Assembly: GCA_034439575.1 (NCBI GenBank)
Contig: JAWXAQ010000015.1
Span: 32,001 to 96,000 of the forward strand
DNA: 64,000 nucleotides
Direction: 5' to 3'
Source: Leptospira sp.
Lineage (GTDB): Bacteria > Spirochaetota > Leptospiria > Leptospirales > Leptospiraceae
Shown here: positions 1 through 10,706 of the stretch, piece by piece
Layout: the number at the start of each line of letters is the position of its first letter
Position numbering within the stretch: the stretch's first letter is position 1
Made by a program: the position numbers and the translations under genes
The notes under the pieces: model-generated
The model's database searches: none
What the model was told of the DNA's origin: nothing
The model's input: only the letters and a program-made list of their open reading frames with translations

Positions 1-354
1 ACTTTAATACCAAAGTATGAAAGACAAATTGGTGCTGATTCCTTTATCGTTGAATCTTCTACCAATGCTGGATTTCACTTATTAAGTTTAAATTTTGGAA
101 GTGGGACAGGTAGTATTTATTTGGATGGATCTACTTCTTTTACAGATGCATTCGCACCCATTTCACCATCTGTAATGCCATCATATTATGTTATTGGAGC
201 AAGGCCACCTGTGGGAGGATTCTATGGCCATACTGATTTTGCAGAAATTATCATTTATAGTGCGAAACTTATAAATAATGAAAGAGAAAGAATCGAATGT
301 TATCTTAAAGCAAAATACAATCTGACATCTGTGAACAATTCATTTTGTAATTAA
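1..354 (+). CDS. C-terminal part of a LamG/concanavalin A-like jellyroll protein (5' truncated by window edge)
   Basis: Frame 1 is open from base 1 (TLIPKYERQIG...) to the stop at 354; the ending IGARP..FYGHTDFAEIIIYSAKL..ERERIECYLKAKY resembles LamG C-termini. Confidence 0.6.
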   Translation, partial: TLIPKYERQIGADSFIVESSTNAGFHLLSLNFGSGTGSIYLDGSTSFTDAFAPISPSVMPSYYVIGARPPVGGFYGHTDFAEIIIYSAKLINNERERIECYLKAKYNLTSVNNSFCN

Positions 355-1373
355 TCGAAAGAATGAAATAAATATATATCCTTTGCGAATTTTTTTATCG
401 AAGACTCATAGAACAAAACCGGTTCGGTATTTTGCCGAATTGGATCTCTTGCAAATTGAATTAATTTTTTACTAGAAAGAAACCATATTCCCGTTAAATG
501 ATCATATTCACTTTGGTAAGTTAAAATGTTTACCAAATTAAGATTTTCATCAAATATCATAAACTTAGATTCAATAGCAGCTTCATCCCAATACGGAATT
601 ATACCAAAAGACAATATGGCAGGTATAAATGTTAATCCTTTCAGGCTTGGTTTTTGGCTATTACCACCTCTATCAAAGATACCATGAAAAAGCTCTCTAT
701 GTTCGGCAATGATCCAATAATCTGCATTTATATTTTTTAATTTGATACTTTTGATCTTACGAATTTTTTTCTTTTCATTATTACAATCACAGTCCTCAAA
801 GGAATATTCTATATCAAGGATAGATTCTATTTCTTTTAGTCCTGAATGTCTAACGGTCGTCAGATAAGTAATAAGAAACGATTTTAGATTTTCTTCTGAT
901 ATCTCTTTCTGATTTATATTATCCTTAATTCTTTTGATTTCGTTTCTAGCAGGAAAATATATGGAAGTTGTTGTCGAATAATTTAATGTAGCTGGAATCG
1001 TATAACTTGATTCATATCTGGTACCCGGAATTCGCATATGAAGTTTTTTATATAGATTAGGACTATTATTTTTATTCCCATCATTCAAATATTCTACTAT
1101 ACAATGATAAACTGCTAAATCTCGATCTATTTCTTTTAACGAATCATAATAAGAACAAGGAAATTTAGGTTCTTCGGTTTCGAAGATTCTTTGACTCTGC
1201 AAAGAAAAATGAAATGGGTAAAATCCTATTAAAGCAAATTTCTTTTTTCGAAATATATTTAGTTCTCTATCATTTAATTCATACTTGGATGTTTCCTTTA
1301 CCATATAATGTTGGCAATTTTGAAATAGGGTGACACCTGTTAAAAGAAGAAACGCGATTTTCATTTTGAACAT
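351..1373 (-). CDS. Leptospiral lipoprotein (Lp29-like family)
   Basis: Spirochaetal lipobox (LFQNC); IGFYPF and LSFGIIPYW segments recalled from this family. Confidence 0.6.
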   Translation of the reverse strand: MFKMKIAFLLLTGVTLFQNCQHYMVKETSKYELNDRELNIFRKKKFALIGFYPFHFSLQSQRIFETEEPKFPCSYYDSLKEIDRDLAVYHCIVEYLNDGNKNNSPNLYKKLHMRIPGTRYESSYTIPATLNYSTTTSIYFPARNEIKRIKDNINQKEISEENLKSFLITYLTTVRHSGLKEIESILDIEYSFEDCDCNNEKKKIRKIKSIKLKNINADYWIIAEHRELFHGIFDRGGNSQKPSLKGLTFIPAILSFGIIPYWDEAAIESKFMIFDENLNLVNILTYQSEYDHLTGIWFLSSKKLIQFARDPIRQNTEPVLFYESSIKKFAKDIYLFHSFD

Positions 1374-1713
1374 ATCGCATTCATTTTCTCATCGAATACC
1401 GATCACGACAATAGGTGAATGCCGAATCTGCGGGGATTACTTAGATGATAGTATCGACGATCTTCCAGTCGCAATGATTGTACAACAAATATTAAAGTAG
1501 CGGTCTTTCAAACCCTATATTTCAATAAGAATGTTTTATAATTTAAGGAATATCAGATTTAGCCGACGGCATTTAATAAATTAATACATTCTAATACTTG
1601 TCAGAAGCTTTAGTAAAGACCTAATTAATTTTTGAATTGAAATGGATTATATCATTTCATTAAACGAAATTAACTTACTCTAATATATGCAATAAACCAA
1701 ACAAAAACCAATT

Positions 1714-3570
1714 CTAATTCTTTAATCCATATACTTTCATTGAAAATTCTTTTCCTCTGATTTCCATTTCGCCCAATGGAGAAAGCGTCAATTTGTTCTC
1801 TTGCGAAAGTTTTTCATATGCCACTTCGCTCAGTAGAATTGGCGAATTTACCTCTTTCGTTTTCCCTTCTAACCTAGAAGCTGTATTTACTGTATCTCCG
1901 ATCAATGTTCCATCCATCCTAGACTCTTGGCCAATGGTTCCGATCAAAACTTTGCCATAATGAATTCCGATACCGATTTTTATTTCGGTTTCGCCTGCCT
2001 CTATTCTTTTTTTATTGAATTCACTCAATCCGATTAACATATCATTGGCGGCACTCAAAGCATTGTCCGAAGATTTTGGGAAAAATGCCATTATCGAATC
2101 ACCAATGTATTTATCGATGTATCCTGATTTTCTTTCAATGGATGGCGCAGTAAATCTCATAAACGCATTTAAAAAATCAAAAGTGAGCCGCGGTGTTAGT
2201 TTTTCTGAAATAGATGTAAATCCCCTAATGTCCAAAAACAAAACTGCCACTTCTCCATCCACTGCGTCACCTAACTGTACTTCCCTTACATCTGACTTGT
2301 TTAATAACGGAATGATTTGAGAAGGAAAAAATCTAGAAAACGAATCTGTTAAACTACGTTGTTCTTCCAAAGATTTAATTTGGAGTGCTGCTTTTTCTTT
2401 CTGAATGATATTGATTCGATCTGCCAAAGATAGGGATAAAAATATTGCTTCAAATACAGAACCAAATTGGAGTGAGTAGTTTGTAAAAAAGTGATATGGT
2501 AAAATTCCGAAATTTCTAAGTCCTACGATTACAGCCCCGATCAAAACAATGAATGAACCTAACAAAAAGAATCGAGCTTGTTCATATCCTTTTGTCCATG
2601 CGTATGATGAAATAAGAAATAAAGTTACTGACGAAACGAGCGTTAATATAAGTCCAATAGATATAGAAATTCTATAATAACCAAAAAATGCGGGAAGTAT
2701 AATCATTGCACTGAGTATAGCAATTGTTTTGAGATAAACATTTAATCTTGGCATTCGTTCTCTGGCTTCCACAAATTTGCCAGCAAACAATACGGCGAAT
2801 GTATTTACTAGACCGATTGAAATTGGAAACGAATAATCTGCTAACTTTGGATATTCGGGGAATATATATGCATGCGTATAACCCCATATACCTGATTGCA
2901 CAAAACTTAGGAAAAATATGTATAGAATATAATACAAATAACTTCTATCTCTAATACTTAAGTACAAAAATAAATTGTAAAAGAAAACGACTCCCATCAC
3001 TCCGAAATAAGCTCCGAAGAGAGTTGTTTTTAAACTCTCCTCCTCTAAGTAAGAATTCTTTTCCCAAAGTGTAAGTGGAAGCAATAAAGAACCTTGGCTT
3101 TCAAAACGAAAAATCAAAGTGTAAACTTTTTCTTTTTCCAAAGAAACATCAAAAATGAAATTTCTATGTTTCAAAAATCTTTCTGTAATAGCTAACTTTC
3201 TACCTGTAAACAATTTAGCGACGATTTGGTTATCTTTCAGAGTATAAAAATCTATAGAATCAATCAAAGAAACTAATTCCAACCAGAGGCTTTGGTCTTT
3301 GCCAGATTTGATTGTCCATTTCAACCAGAAGGCAGAACTAGAATATCCAAAGCCGATAGACTCACCTAAATTTTTTTTCCCTTCCCCATTCTCAAATTTT
3401 TTTAGTATAGTATCCAATGATTCTGATTTCGATTTGTCTTCTATGTATTCTACATAGGTCGCTAAATTGAGTTTTGATTCATTTCCAGTCCATTCGATAA
3501 TGGGATTCGCGATTAAATTATGAGAGTAAAGAATAAATAATGAAATAAAGTAAAAATAATTTTTCAACAT
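1714..3570 (-). CDS. 7TM-DISM sensor class III adenylate cyclase
   Basis: Signal peptide, DISM extracellular domain (GFGYSSSAFWL), 7 TM helices; cyclase motifs LFLDIRGFT, DKYIGDSIM, GDTVNTASRLE. Confidence 0.9.
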   Translation of the reverse strand: MLKNYFYFISLFILYSHNLIANPIIEWTGNESKLNLATYVEYIEDKSKSESLDTILKKFENGEGKKNLGESIGFGYSSSAFWLKWTIKSGKDQSLWLELVSLIDSIDFYTLKDNQIVAKLFTGRKLAITERFLKHRNFIFDVSLEKEKVYTLIFRFESQGSLLLPLTLWEKNSYLEEESLKTTLFGAYFGVMGVVFFYNLFLYLSIRDRSYLYYILYIFFLSFVQSGIWGYTHAYIFPEYPKLADYSFPISIGLVNTFAVLFAGKFVEARERMPRLNVYLKTIAILSAMIILPAFFGYYRISISIGLILTLVSSVTLFLISSYAWTKGYEQARFFLLGSFIVLIGAVIVGLRNFGILPYHFFTNYSLQFGSVFEAIFLSLSLADRINIIQKEKAALQIKSLEEQRSLTDSFSRFFPSQIIPLLNKSDVREVQLGDAVDGEVAVLFLDIRGFTSISEKLTPRLTFDFLNAFMRFTAPSIERKSGYIDKYIGDSIMAFFPKSSDNALSAANDMLIGLSEFNKKRIEAGETEIKIGIGIHYGKVLIGTIGQESRMDGTLIGDTVNTASRLEGKTKEVNSPILLSEVAYEKLSQENKLTLSPLGEMEIRGKEFSMKVYGLKN

Positions 3571-3637
3571 TTTATTTTGACCATTATATAAGTAAATTTA
3601 TTCATAAAAATTATTTTTAATATATATTTTTGAATAT

Positions 3638-4009
3638 TCATTTGTACTTATAGTAATGATTTGGATCATTCCATTTGGATTTTTCAAATTCTATATGGTT
3701 TTGAACTTTTTCTTTGTCTTTGGCCGCGAGTTCGTTTTCCCCTAAAATTTCATAAATTTTGGATCTTAATAAAAGTGCAGATTCAAAAAGATCCATAATC
3801 TCCAAACTTCGGTTTAATGAATTTAGGGATTTTTCATATTCCTTTTTTTCAAAATAATTTTCGGCGATAAATAAATGAAATGGATGAGTAAATGAAGGAT
3901 CAATCTTTGATAGATACATTTCCATTAGCTCTGTCGCTTCTTCAATTTCCCCATTTTTCCGAGCATCAAAAGCCAAATTCTTATATTTTTCTATATCTTT
4001 ATAATTCAA
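3638..4009 (-). CDS. Small tetratricopeptide repeat protein
   Basis: 123 aa helical ORF with TPR-like spacing (AENYFEKKEYEKSL..LNRSLEI). Confidence 0.7.
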   Translation of the reverse strand: MNYKDIEKYKNLAFDARKNGEIEEATELMEMYLSKIDPSFTHPFHLFIAENYFEKKEYEKSLNSLNRSLEIMDLFESALLLRSKIYEILGENELAAKDKEKVQNHIEFEKSKWNDPNHYYKYK

Positions 4010-4210
4010 AAACCACTCCTTTTCAATTGGATTTTGCAGATTGGTGGATAATTCGGATTACATCATGTTTAAATATTTTCCAACTATGCAATCATAAAAA
4101 TTTATAAAAATAAATTGACAAAGTATTGCAAAATTGTCTCATATTCCCCCGTGATTCATATCTTCTCGCGATTCTATAAAATTTGAAAATTAACAAATTT
4201 TCTGAAAAAT

Positions 4211-7024
4211 ATGTTAAAAAAAAGATATATTATGAAAGTGAAATATTTCCTTTTTATTACTTTCTTATATAACTCCATCATTTTTAGCCTCAATGGTGAA
4301 ACTCTTTCATCAAATAAAGTAAAAATCGGTTTATTTCTGCCCTTAAAAGGGACCAATGTCGATAAAGCTGGCGAAGAAAAACTAAGACAAACACTGACCT
4401 CCATTTTAGAAAAAGCAGGTTACAAAGTTAGTATTTCCAATGAAGATCACGATGTTGCCATCAACTCTGCTGATAATTATTTCATTGATGGATACTATGA
4501 AACTAGTCCGACATGGAATGTATATGGACAAATATACAAACCAGAATCGGGTGAAATCATAGATGCCCACAACCAAACAAATATTATATCAGATTTGGAA
4601 GGAGTTTCTATTGATCCCGAAGAAACTAAAACATCAAACGAATTTATTTGGAATGAATTTTCGAAAAAGATACTTTTACGCCTTCGCACAAACCAAAAGC
4701 GGATTAGAAAAATTCATAATATTCAAGAATTTGTCTTAAACTCACCCATAAAAGATTATAGAAAATTTACGATTGCAAAAGAAGAAGAAGAAAAAGCAAA
4801 AACTGAAGTTTTCCAATTATTAGCTGAACCTAAAATCACAGTCGCATCAAACGTCATTCGTGACGCAGATAAACAACCAGTTTCAGTAACAGTGATAAAC
4901 TCTAAACAAATTTTACTTTCAGGTGCGAGAACAGTTAACGACTTGCTCATGATCTATGTACCTGGTTATTTTAAAGTAGAAGACCAAGATGATTCGATAG
5001 CCGGATTTCGAGGATTAGCTCCTGATTCTAACTCAAAGGTTTTATTATTGTTAGATGGTGTAAATATGAATACGGAATGGCAGTTTGGTCCTCCTGATTC
5101 GATTATCAACAGTATGAATCTAGAATATATAGAACGGATTGAAGTGATTCGTGGTCCTGGTTCTGTAACGCTCGGCCAAGGTGCATTACTTGGTGTTATC
5201 AATATCATCACAAAAAATAGTCAATCAAATCCCAATACGTCTTTACAAGTGGGAACGGGAAAAGATGGATATCGCAGTTATAATATTCAATCTGGAAGTC
5301 ATGGCAAATTAGTTCCTGAATTAAAAACTTACTTTTATATTTCTAAAATGCAATACGACGGACAAAAAATTCGTAGTGAAGGTTGGGCAAAACAAAGGGC
5401 TTATGAAGGAGTTGAAATCAATGGTATCGAACAAATATATGATCCTCTCGAAAAACAAGCGTTAAAAACCAGTTCATTTTTAGGAGGTGACTTTTATACA
5501 AATATTGCTTCGGCAAGTGGTAATAAATTAGAAAGAAATCAAAATGAAACAATGCATGGCATCATTGAATACAAAGGTCTGAAAGTTAATACAATGTTTG
5601 CTGATCAAAAACGAGATCTCTATAATTTTTATAGAGATAGAAATGAAGTTACGAACAAAATCCGAAATGGAGCCTTATCTTATCAGCATCAATTTTCAAA
5701 TACTTTGAATTTGACACTTAAAACTTTTTATACCCAAGATGATTTTGGATTTCAATCACATAGAGGTGTAACCTTAGCTGGCACAAGAGAAAATCGATAC
5801 GGCGGTTCAGCCATACTAAATTGGAATATTACAAGTAAGAACAATTTGGCGCTAGGTATAGAATATAGAAAGTATGATCTAGGTCAACCGGATGCCAATG
5901 GTAATAATTTTATCGTCAATAGAGCTGAAGCATCTAGTTTTTACAAACTTGGGGAAGGGATTCCGTTACCTTACCAAGTGAACGAAACGAATAAATTCGT
6001 TTTTACAAATACGATCCCCGTTGCGAGTTTTTTTGTTGAGAATGCACATAAGTATTCGGACAAATTGGATTATTTTGCTGCCTTTCGATATGATAAACAT
6101 CCATACTGGGGTTCAAATATTTCGCCAAGAATAGGAACTATATTTTCACCTAACAAAGATCTCAAATTTCGATTTTCTTACCAAGAAGGATTTCGGGGTG
6201 CTGTAGGTGTATCTTATACCGGAGGGTATCAAAAAGATGGACTCCTAAGAAATGATAACTTTAATCAGGTGGAAGTTTCACAAATTCCAAATGTGGACAT
6301 CAATAACAAGCCGACAATTTTTCAAAATATCCCACAGGCAAAGCCTGAAAAAATGAGAAGTTTAGAATTTGCAACAAAATACAAACTCACATCAAAATTC
6401 AGCCTTGATGGAGTATTGTTTTATAATATGATACAAAATGTTATCGATGTAGGAGTCATTTACCCAAACCCAGATATCAACAAAACGCCTAACATAGGAA
6501 CAGACGAACCAGGTGATTGGAAAGGATATTTTTTCTTTCGAAATACTCCAGGTTTACTCAGACAAGGTGGCGCGGAAGTCACAGCATCTTATGATCATAA
6601 ATTTTTTCATATCGGTTTAAGTCATTCTGCCGTGAAAGTTTTAGGAGCCAGTACAGAACTGCATTCCTCACAGTATTTAACAAGTGATACTCGGCACAAA
6701 CATTTCAAAGCTTATCCTGAAAACATAACACGTGCCAATTTACAATTTTTCCCTTGGGAAAAGTTGGCCGTCGGTTTAAATCATTTGTACTATTATAATT
6801 GGTTTGCCCCGACTGGTTCTAATGTTCGCGGCATGCATATGTTAAATGGGGGCATTCAATATGCAATATCAGAATCAATTTCCATTATTTTGAATGTCAA
6901 AAATATATTAGATTCCAAAAACTTATATCCAATCAATAGTATTGCTGGAGATGTTTCTTTAGCTGCTGGAACTCCTTCTTATGAAGGAAGAACTTATTGG
7001 TTCCAATTGCGGGCTGTTTTTTAA
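4211..7024 (+). CDS. TonB-dependent receptor with extra N-terminal domain (start may be 4232)
   Basis: Plug motifs (PVSVTVI, VLLLLDGV, IERIEVIRGPGSVTLG), beta-barrel, NILD motif, terminal Phe. Confidence 0.9.
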   Translation: MLKKRYIMKVKYFLFITFLYNSIIFSLNGETLSSNKVKIGLFLPLKGTNVDKAGEEKLRQTLTSILEKAGYKVSISNEDHDVAINSADNYFIDGYYETSPTWNVYGQIYKPESGEIIDAHNQTNIISDLEGVSIDPEETKTSNEFIWNEFSKKILLRLRTNQKRIRKIHNIQEFVLNSPIKDYRKFTIAKEEEEKAKTEVFQLLAEPKITVASNVIRDADKQPVSVTVINSKQILLSGARTVNDLLMIYVPGYFKVEDQDDSIAGFRGLAPDSNSKVLLLLDGVNMNTEWQFGPPDSIINSMNLEYIERIEVIRGPGSVTLGQGALLGVINIITKNSQSNPNTSLQVGTGKDGYRSYNIQSGSHGKLVPELKTYFYISKMQYDGQKIRSEGWAKQRAYEGVEINGIEQIYDPLEKQALKTSSFLGGDFYTNIASASGNKLERNQNETMHGIIEYKGLKVNTMFADQKRDLYNFYRDRNEVTNKIRNGALSYQHQFSNTLNLTLKTFYTQDDFGFQSHRGVTLAGTRENRYGGSAILNWNITSKNNLALGIEYRKYDLGQPDANGNNFIVNRAEASSFYKLGEGIPLPYQVNETNKFVFTNTIPVASFFVENAHKYSDKLDYFAAFRYDKHPYWGSNISPRIGTIFSPNKDLKFRFSYQEGFRGAVGVSYTGGYQKDGLLRNDNFNQVEVSQIPNVDINNKPTIFQNIPQAKPEKMRSLEFATKYKLTSKFSLDGVLFYNMIQNVIDVGVIYPNPDINKTPNIGTDEPGDWKGYFFFRNTPGLLRQGGAEVTASYDHKFFHIGLSHSAVKVLGASTELHSSQYLTSDTRHKHFKAYPENITRANLQFFPWEKLAVGLNHLYYYNWFAPTGSNVRGMHMLNGGIQYAISESISIILNVKNILDSKNLYPINSIAGDVSLAAGTPSYEGRTYWFQLRAVF

Positions 7025-7073
7025 AAGAAACATTATGGATAACAATTAACCACACATATTTATTCATTTTGAA

Positions 7074-8036
7074 TTAATTCCATTTCGGAAAAAATCCTAT
7101 TTCTCCTTGAACATTTAAATCATGGGCTGGAACTACTTTCAATGTTTTATCTTTTTCCATTAATTGGTTCACACGACTGATTTCTTTTCCAACACTCATT
7201 GGATCATAATCAACTAACAAACGAGCCCCACGAGGTTTATGCGAAAGTGATTGAAATCCTCGCAAATCCCAGGTTACATCGCCAGTGAAAAAATAACGTC
7301 GGCCATCCTTAAGATTTAAAAATAAACCGAGTGATCCCGCACTATGTCCTTTCATATTTACCAAAACAATGGATCCATCACCAAACCAATCTGTACTTTC
7401 AGTATAAGATTCATATTGTATTGGATTCAATTTTATATAATTCCATTTGACCGCCTCACCATCAAATTGCGAAGGAACGTAACCCTTCAATATCGAAGTT
7501 TCTGATAATTCTTCTTTTAATGTAACAATTTCTGCCTTTGGGAAATCTTTAATAGCGCTTGCATGATCCCAGTGTAAATGGGATATGAAAATCGTTTTAA
7601 TCTGATCTGGCATAATGCCATTGGCAACTAACTTATCTACTGCGTTATCCTCTATTTCATAGGAAAGTAATAATTTTAAAAACCATGGAAATTCTTTAAA
7701 CTGTTCATCAATTTTCTTGCCAAGTCCCGTATCAAAAAGCACCATCCCCGAAGGATGTTTTATTAGTATCGCTGAATGAGAAATAGTATGAACATTAAAA
7801 ACATTTCCTCCTTCAAATACGAATGCTTCTGAAGTCTTTGCCTCGCCTGTTTTTATAATCGAAAAGGAAATATCAGTTTTTGGAACCGTTTGAACAAACT
7901 TGTTTTCGGTTTGATTCATTTCAATTTTAAGTTTCGGATAACCCAATAGGTAAAATGTGATAAATGTAAACAAACCTATTACACCTAACAATAACTTGAT
8001 TTTGAAATTCCTTTCTTTCATATATTTATCCTTCAT
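7074..8036 (-). CDS. MBL-fold metallo-hydrolase, AHL-lactonase-like, N-terminal signal/TM
   Basis: LFDTG, SHLHWDH, GHSAG, TGD, PAHD metal ligands. Confidence 0.85.
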   Translation of the reverse strand: MKDKYMKERNFKIKLLLGVIGLFTFITFYLLGYPKLKIEMNQTENKFVQTVPKTDISFSIIKTGEAKTSEAFVFEGGNVFNVHTISHSAILIKHPSGMVLFDTGLGKKIDEQFKEFPWFLKLLLSYEIEDNAVDKLVANGIMPDQIKTIFISHLHWDHASAIKDFPKAEIVTLKEELSETSILKGYVPSQFDGEAVKWNYIKLNPIQYESYTESTDWFGDGSIVLVNMKGHSAGSLGLFLNLKDGRRYFFTGDVTWDLRGFQSLSHKPRGARLLVDYDPMSVGKEISRVNQLMEKDKTLKVVPAHDLNVQGEIGFFPKWN

Positions 8037-8623
8037 TCATTAAATTCATTTTTTATTAGTAAATCCGCTGTTTTTTTAGCAAGCCTAAGTGGCTCCGCTG
8101 ATTTTTGCAATTTTGCAAGTAACAAGGCTCCCTCCCACAAGGAAAATAAGGATACAGCAATGGAATTTGCTTTTTTTAATGATGCACCATATAACATTAA
8201 ATAAGTTTCAAAACCCTTAATCCACTCATTATAAATCTTTAAACAAGTTTCCGACACAATACCTGGATGAGTTGTTGATTCAAGAGCTGTAATCGCTATT
8301 GGGCAACCTTTTTTAAAATTACTTTCTACAATTCTTTTTTCAAGAGCTTGAAATATTAAAGCCGCGGCTTTTGAAGGATTTTTATTATTTTTTAAAATTT
8401 CAGAGAAAACCAAACTCATTTCTTTTCCTGAGTGTTCTAATGCCAAAGCAGTTAATTCATCTTTTCCACCTGGAAAGTGAAAGTATAAAGAGCCTTTTGG
8501 AGACTTTGCTAATTTTGTAATATCATTCACACCAGTGGCGAGATAGCCATTTTCTTCCAAAGCTAAAGCGGTAGCTTCTATCATTTTTTGACGGGTATTT
8601 GTCCCTTTGTTGCCCACAATCAC
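8033..8623 (-). CDS. TetR family regulator (LmrA/YxaF-like)
   Basis: HTH KGSLYFHFPGGKDEL; GCPIA and WEGALLLAK in the C-terminal domain; 4-bp overlap with the downstream gene. Confidence 0.9.
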   Translation of the reverse strand: MIVGNKGTNTRQKMIEATALALEENGYLATGVNDITKLAKSPKGSLYFHFPGGKDELTALALEHSGKEMSLVFSEILKNNKNPSKAAALIFQALEKRIVESNFKKGCPIAITALESTTHPGIVSETCLKIYNEWIKGFETYLMLYGASLKKANSIAVSLFSLWEGALLLAKLQKSAEPLRLAKKTADLLIKNEFNE

Positions 8624-8634
8624 AAAACAAAATT

Positions 8635-8660
8635 AAAATATAGACCGGTCAACATATTTT
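8635..8660. promoter_or_regulatory. Putative TetR operator between the divergent genes
   Basis: AAAATATAGACCGGTCAACATATTTT with palindromic core GACCGGTC; resembles the B. subtilis LmrA/QdoR box. Confidence 0.6.
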
Positions 8661-8697
8661 TCTTGACCAAAGGATTTTAATTTCATTCAATGCTCAT

Positions 8698-9579
8698 ATG
8701 TTAGAAGATGTTACAGCATGGAAAGACAAAGGTTCTATATTCAAATTTAAAAGTTTTGATATTTTCTATTTCCAAGAAGGCCAAGGTGAAAATTTACTTA
8801 TCATACATGGTTATCCATTTAATAGTTTTGAATGGAAATCGGTGATTGATGATCTTAAAAAAAGTTATAGATTAACAATTATTGATCTATTGGGCATGGG
8901 GTTTTCTGATAAACCCGAAAATCACAATTACACTTTTCAAGAACATTGTGAAATTATAAATGAATTACTAAGTTTTCTTAATATTAAAGAAACCCATATT
9001 TTTTCTCATGATTTAGGTGTTAGTATTGTCCAAGAATTATTAGCTCGAGATCTTGAAAATAAAAACAAGTTTACAATAAAATCATCAGCCTTTATGAATG
9101 GAGGATTATTTTCGGATGTTTATCGACCAAGACTCATTCAAAAACTTTTATCGCAATCCCCGACCTTCATTGGAAAATTTTTAAGTAGAATCATTAGTAA
9201 AGAGAACGTTTTTAAATCAGTGCGCCAAGTCTTCGGCCCAAACACGCAACCAAACAATGATTTCATGGAAAAACAATGGGAGATTCTAAACTTCAAAGAA
9301 GGCAAAAATATAGCCTATCTAATCGGAAGAATGGTTTTTGCGAAAAAACATTTCCAATCTAGGTGGATTTATGCCATGCAAAATACAAAAATTCCGATAT
9401 GTTATATATGTGGCCCAGCCGATCCAAATTCGGGAAACCATATGGCAGAAAGATACAAAGAACTGATTCCGAATCCCCTTATTTTTCTATTAGGTGAACA
9501 AATAGGTCATTGGCCCCAAGTAGAAGATCCCAAAGGGACTTTATCCGCATATGAAACTTTCATCAAAAGAATTTCTTAA
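8698..9579 (+). CDS. Alpha/beta hydrolase, epoxide hydrolase/MEST-like
   Basis: HGYP oxyanion motif, DLLGMGFSDKP, Asp nucleophile SHDLG, GHWPQVE. Confidence 0.85.
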   Translation: MLEDVTAWKDKGSIFKFKSFDIFYFQEGQGENLLIIHGYPFNSFEWKSVIDDLKKSYRLTIIDLLGMGFSDKPENHNYTFQEHCEIINELLSFLNIKETHIFSHDLGVSIVQELLARDLENKNKFTIKSSAFMNGGLFSDVYRPRLIQKLLSQSPTFIGKFLSRIISKENVFKSVRQVFGPNTQPNNDFMEKQWEILNFKEGKNIAYLIGRMVFAKKHFQSRWIYAMQNTKIPICYICGPADPNSGNHMAERYKELIPNPLIFLLGEQIGHWPQVEDPKGTLSAYETFIKRIS

Positions 9580-9582
9580 TAA

Positions 9583-10629
9583 TTATAAATGTTTTTCCAT
9601 AATTTCAGAGACCTTTTTATGTCCGTCTTCATTTAAGTGCAAGGTATCATTTTCAGATAATCTAAACTTATATAATTCGTAATTTTTCAATTCGTCCAGA
9701 AGATCAAATACTTCTATATCTTGCTCGTTTAACGTAGACTTTACTTTATCATGGATCTCTTGAAAAAAATACTCTCCCCTATTTTCAAGGAAAGGCATAA
9801 TAAATACTTTAATTTTAAAATTATGTTTTTTTGATAAATCTTTTAATTCGAGAAAACTATCTTTAGTCTCATCAAAATATTCATCCATATGCATTGCATG
9901 AAAGTATGATTTGATTTTGTTTTTCTGAGCATATTTGATTTTATCCATTTCAATTTTTGTTTCCACCCAATCTTGGATTTTTTTGGTGAATAAGTATGTT
10001 TCGGTTAATTTCCAAATGTTGCTATATTTTCTAAGTTGTCCTATAAGAGTGATGTCCTCTACTTTCTTTTTGAATAACAACTGTTCTTTGCCAATTGCTG
10101 CGAATTCCCCTCCATCATAGCTAGCATCATTTAACACATAAAAAACCCAAACTTCATCTGGTTTAAATTCTAATCCATACGTTTTTAAATATTCAACTTC
10201 TTGCGAGGTGCTATACCCGCTAATTGACATATTAATAATTTCGAATTTAACGTTTCCTTTTGATGGAGCTTTGTTTTCTAAGATGGTCAAAAAGTTTTTT
10301 TCAACATTCAATGCTACGCCATAAGAAACAGAATCACCTAAGGCAATAATCCTTCTTGTTCCTGCCGATTTAATTTTAGAATAAATTTTATTTTCACGGA
10401 AACCTTGGGCACTTGTCTCGTTTGGAAAACTAGGTTTGAAAGTATAAACTAACTTAGGATTGTCGGACTTTAAAACAATGCCGTTTTCATTTATGTTCAT
10501 TACGTTATCGGTTGTTGCATTGCCAAAACCAAAAATTTTAAATATTACTTCTGATATGGCTAATGTAAAAAGAATCGAAAATAAGACCAAAGACACATTA
10601 ACCAAAATATTTTTGAATTTCATGTGCAT
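9583..10629 (-). CDS. Membrane-anchored SGNH/GDSL hydrolase
   Basis: N-terminal TM; ALGDSVSYG, SGYS, LND, DTLHLNEDGH blocks. Confidence 0.85.
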   Translation of the reverse strand: MHMKFKNILVNVSLVLFSILFTLAISEVIFKIFGFGNATTDNVMNINENGIVLKSDNPKLVYTFKPSFPNETSAQGFRENKIYSKIKSAGTRRIIALGDSVSYGVALNVEKNFLTILENKAPSKGNVKFEIINMSISGYSTSQEVEYLKTYGLEFKPDEVWVFYVLNDASYDGGEFAAIGKEQLLFKKKVEDITLIGQLRKYSNIWKLTETYLFTKKIQDWVETKIEMDKIKYAQKNKIKSYFHAMHMDEYFDETKDSFLELKDLSKKHNFKIKVFIMPFLENRGEYFFQEIHDKVKSTLNEQDIEVFDLLDELKNYELYKFRLSENDTLHLNEDGHKKVSEIMEKHL

Positions 10630-10706
10630 GATTTTAAAAGGTGTAAAAAAAAATAAAGAATTTCCTTTGAATGTATAAACTATTTAATGTTGATTCAGAG
10701 AAAAAA

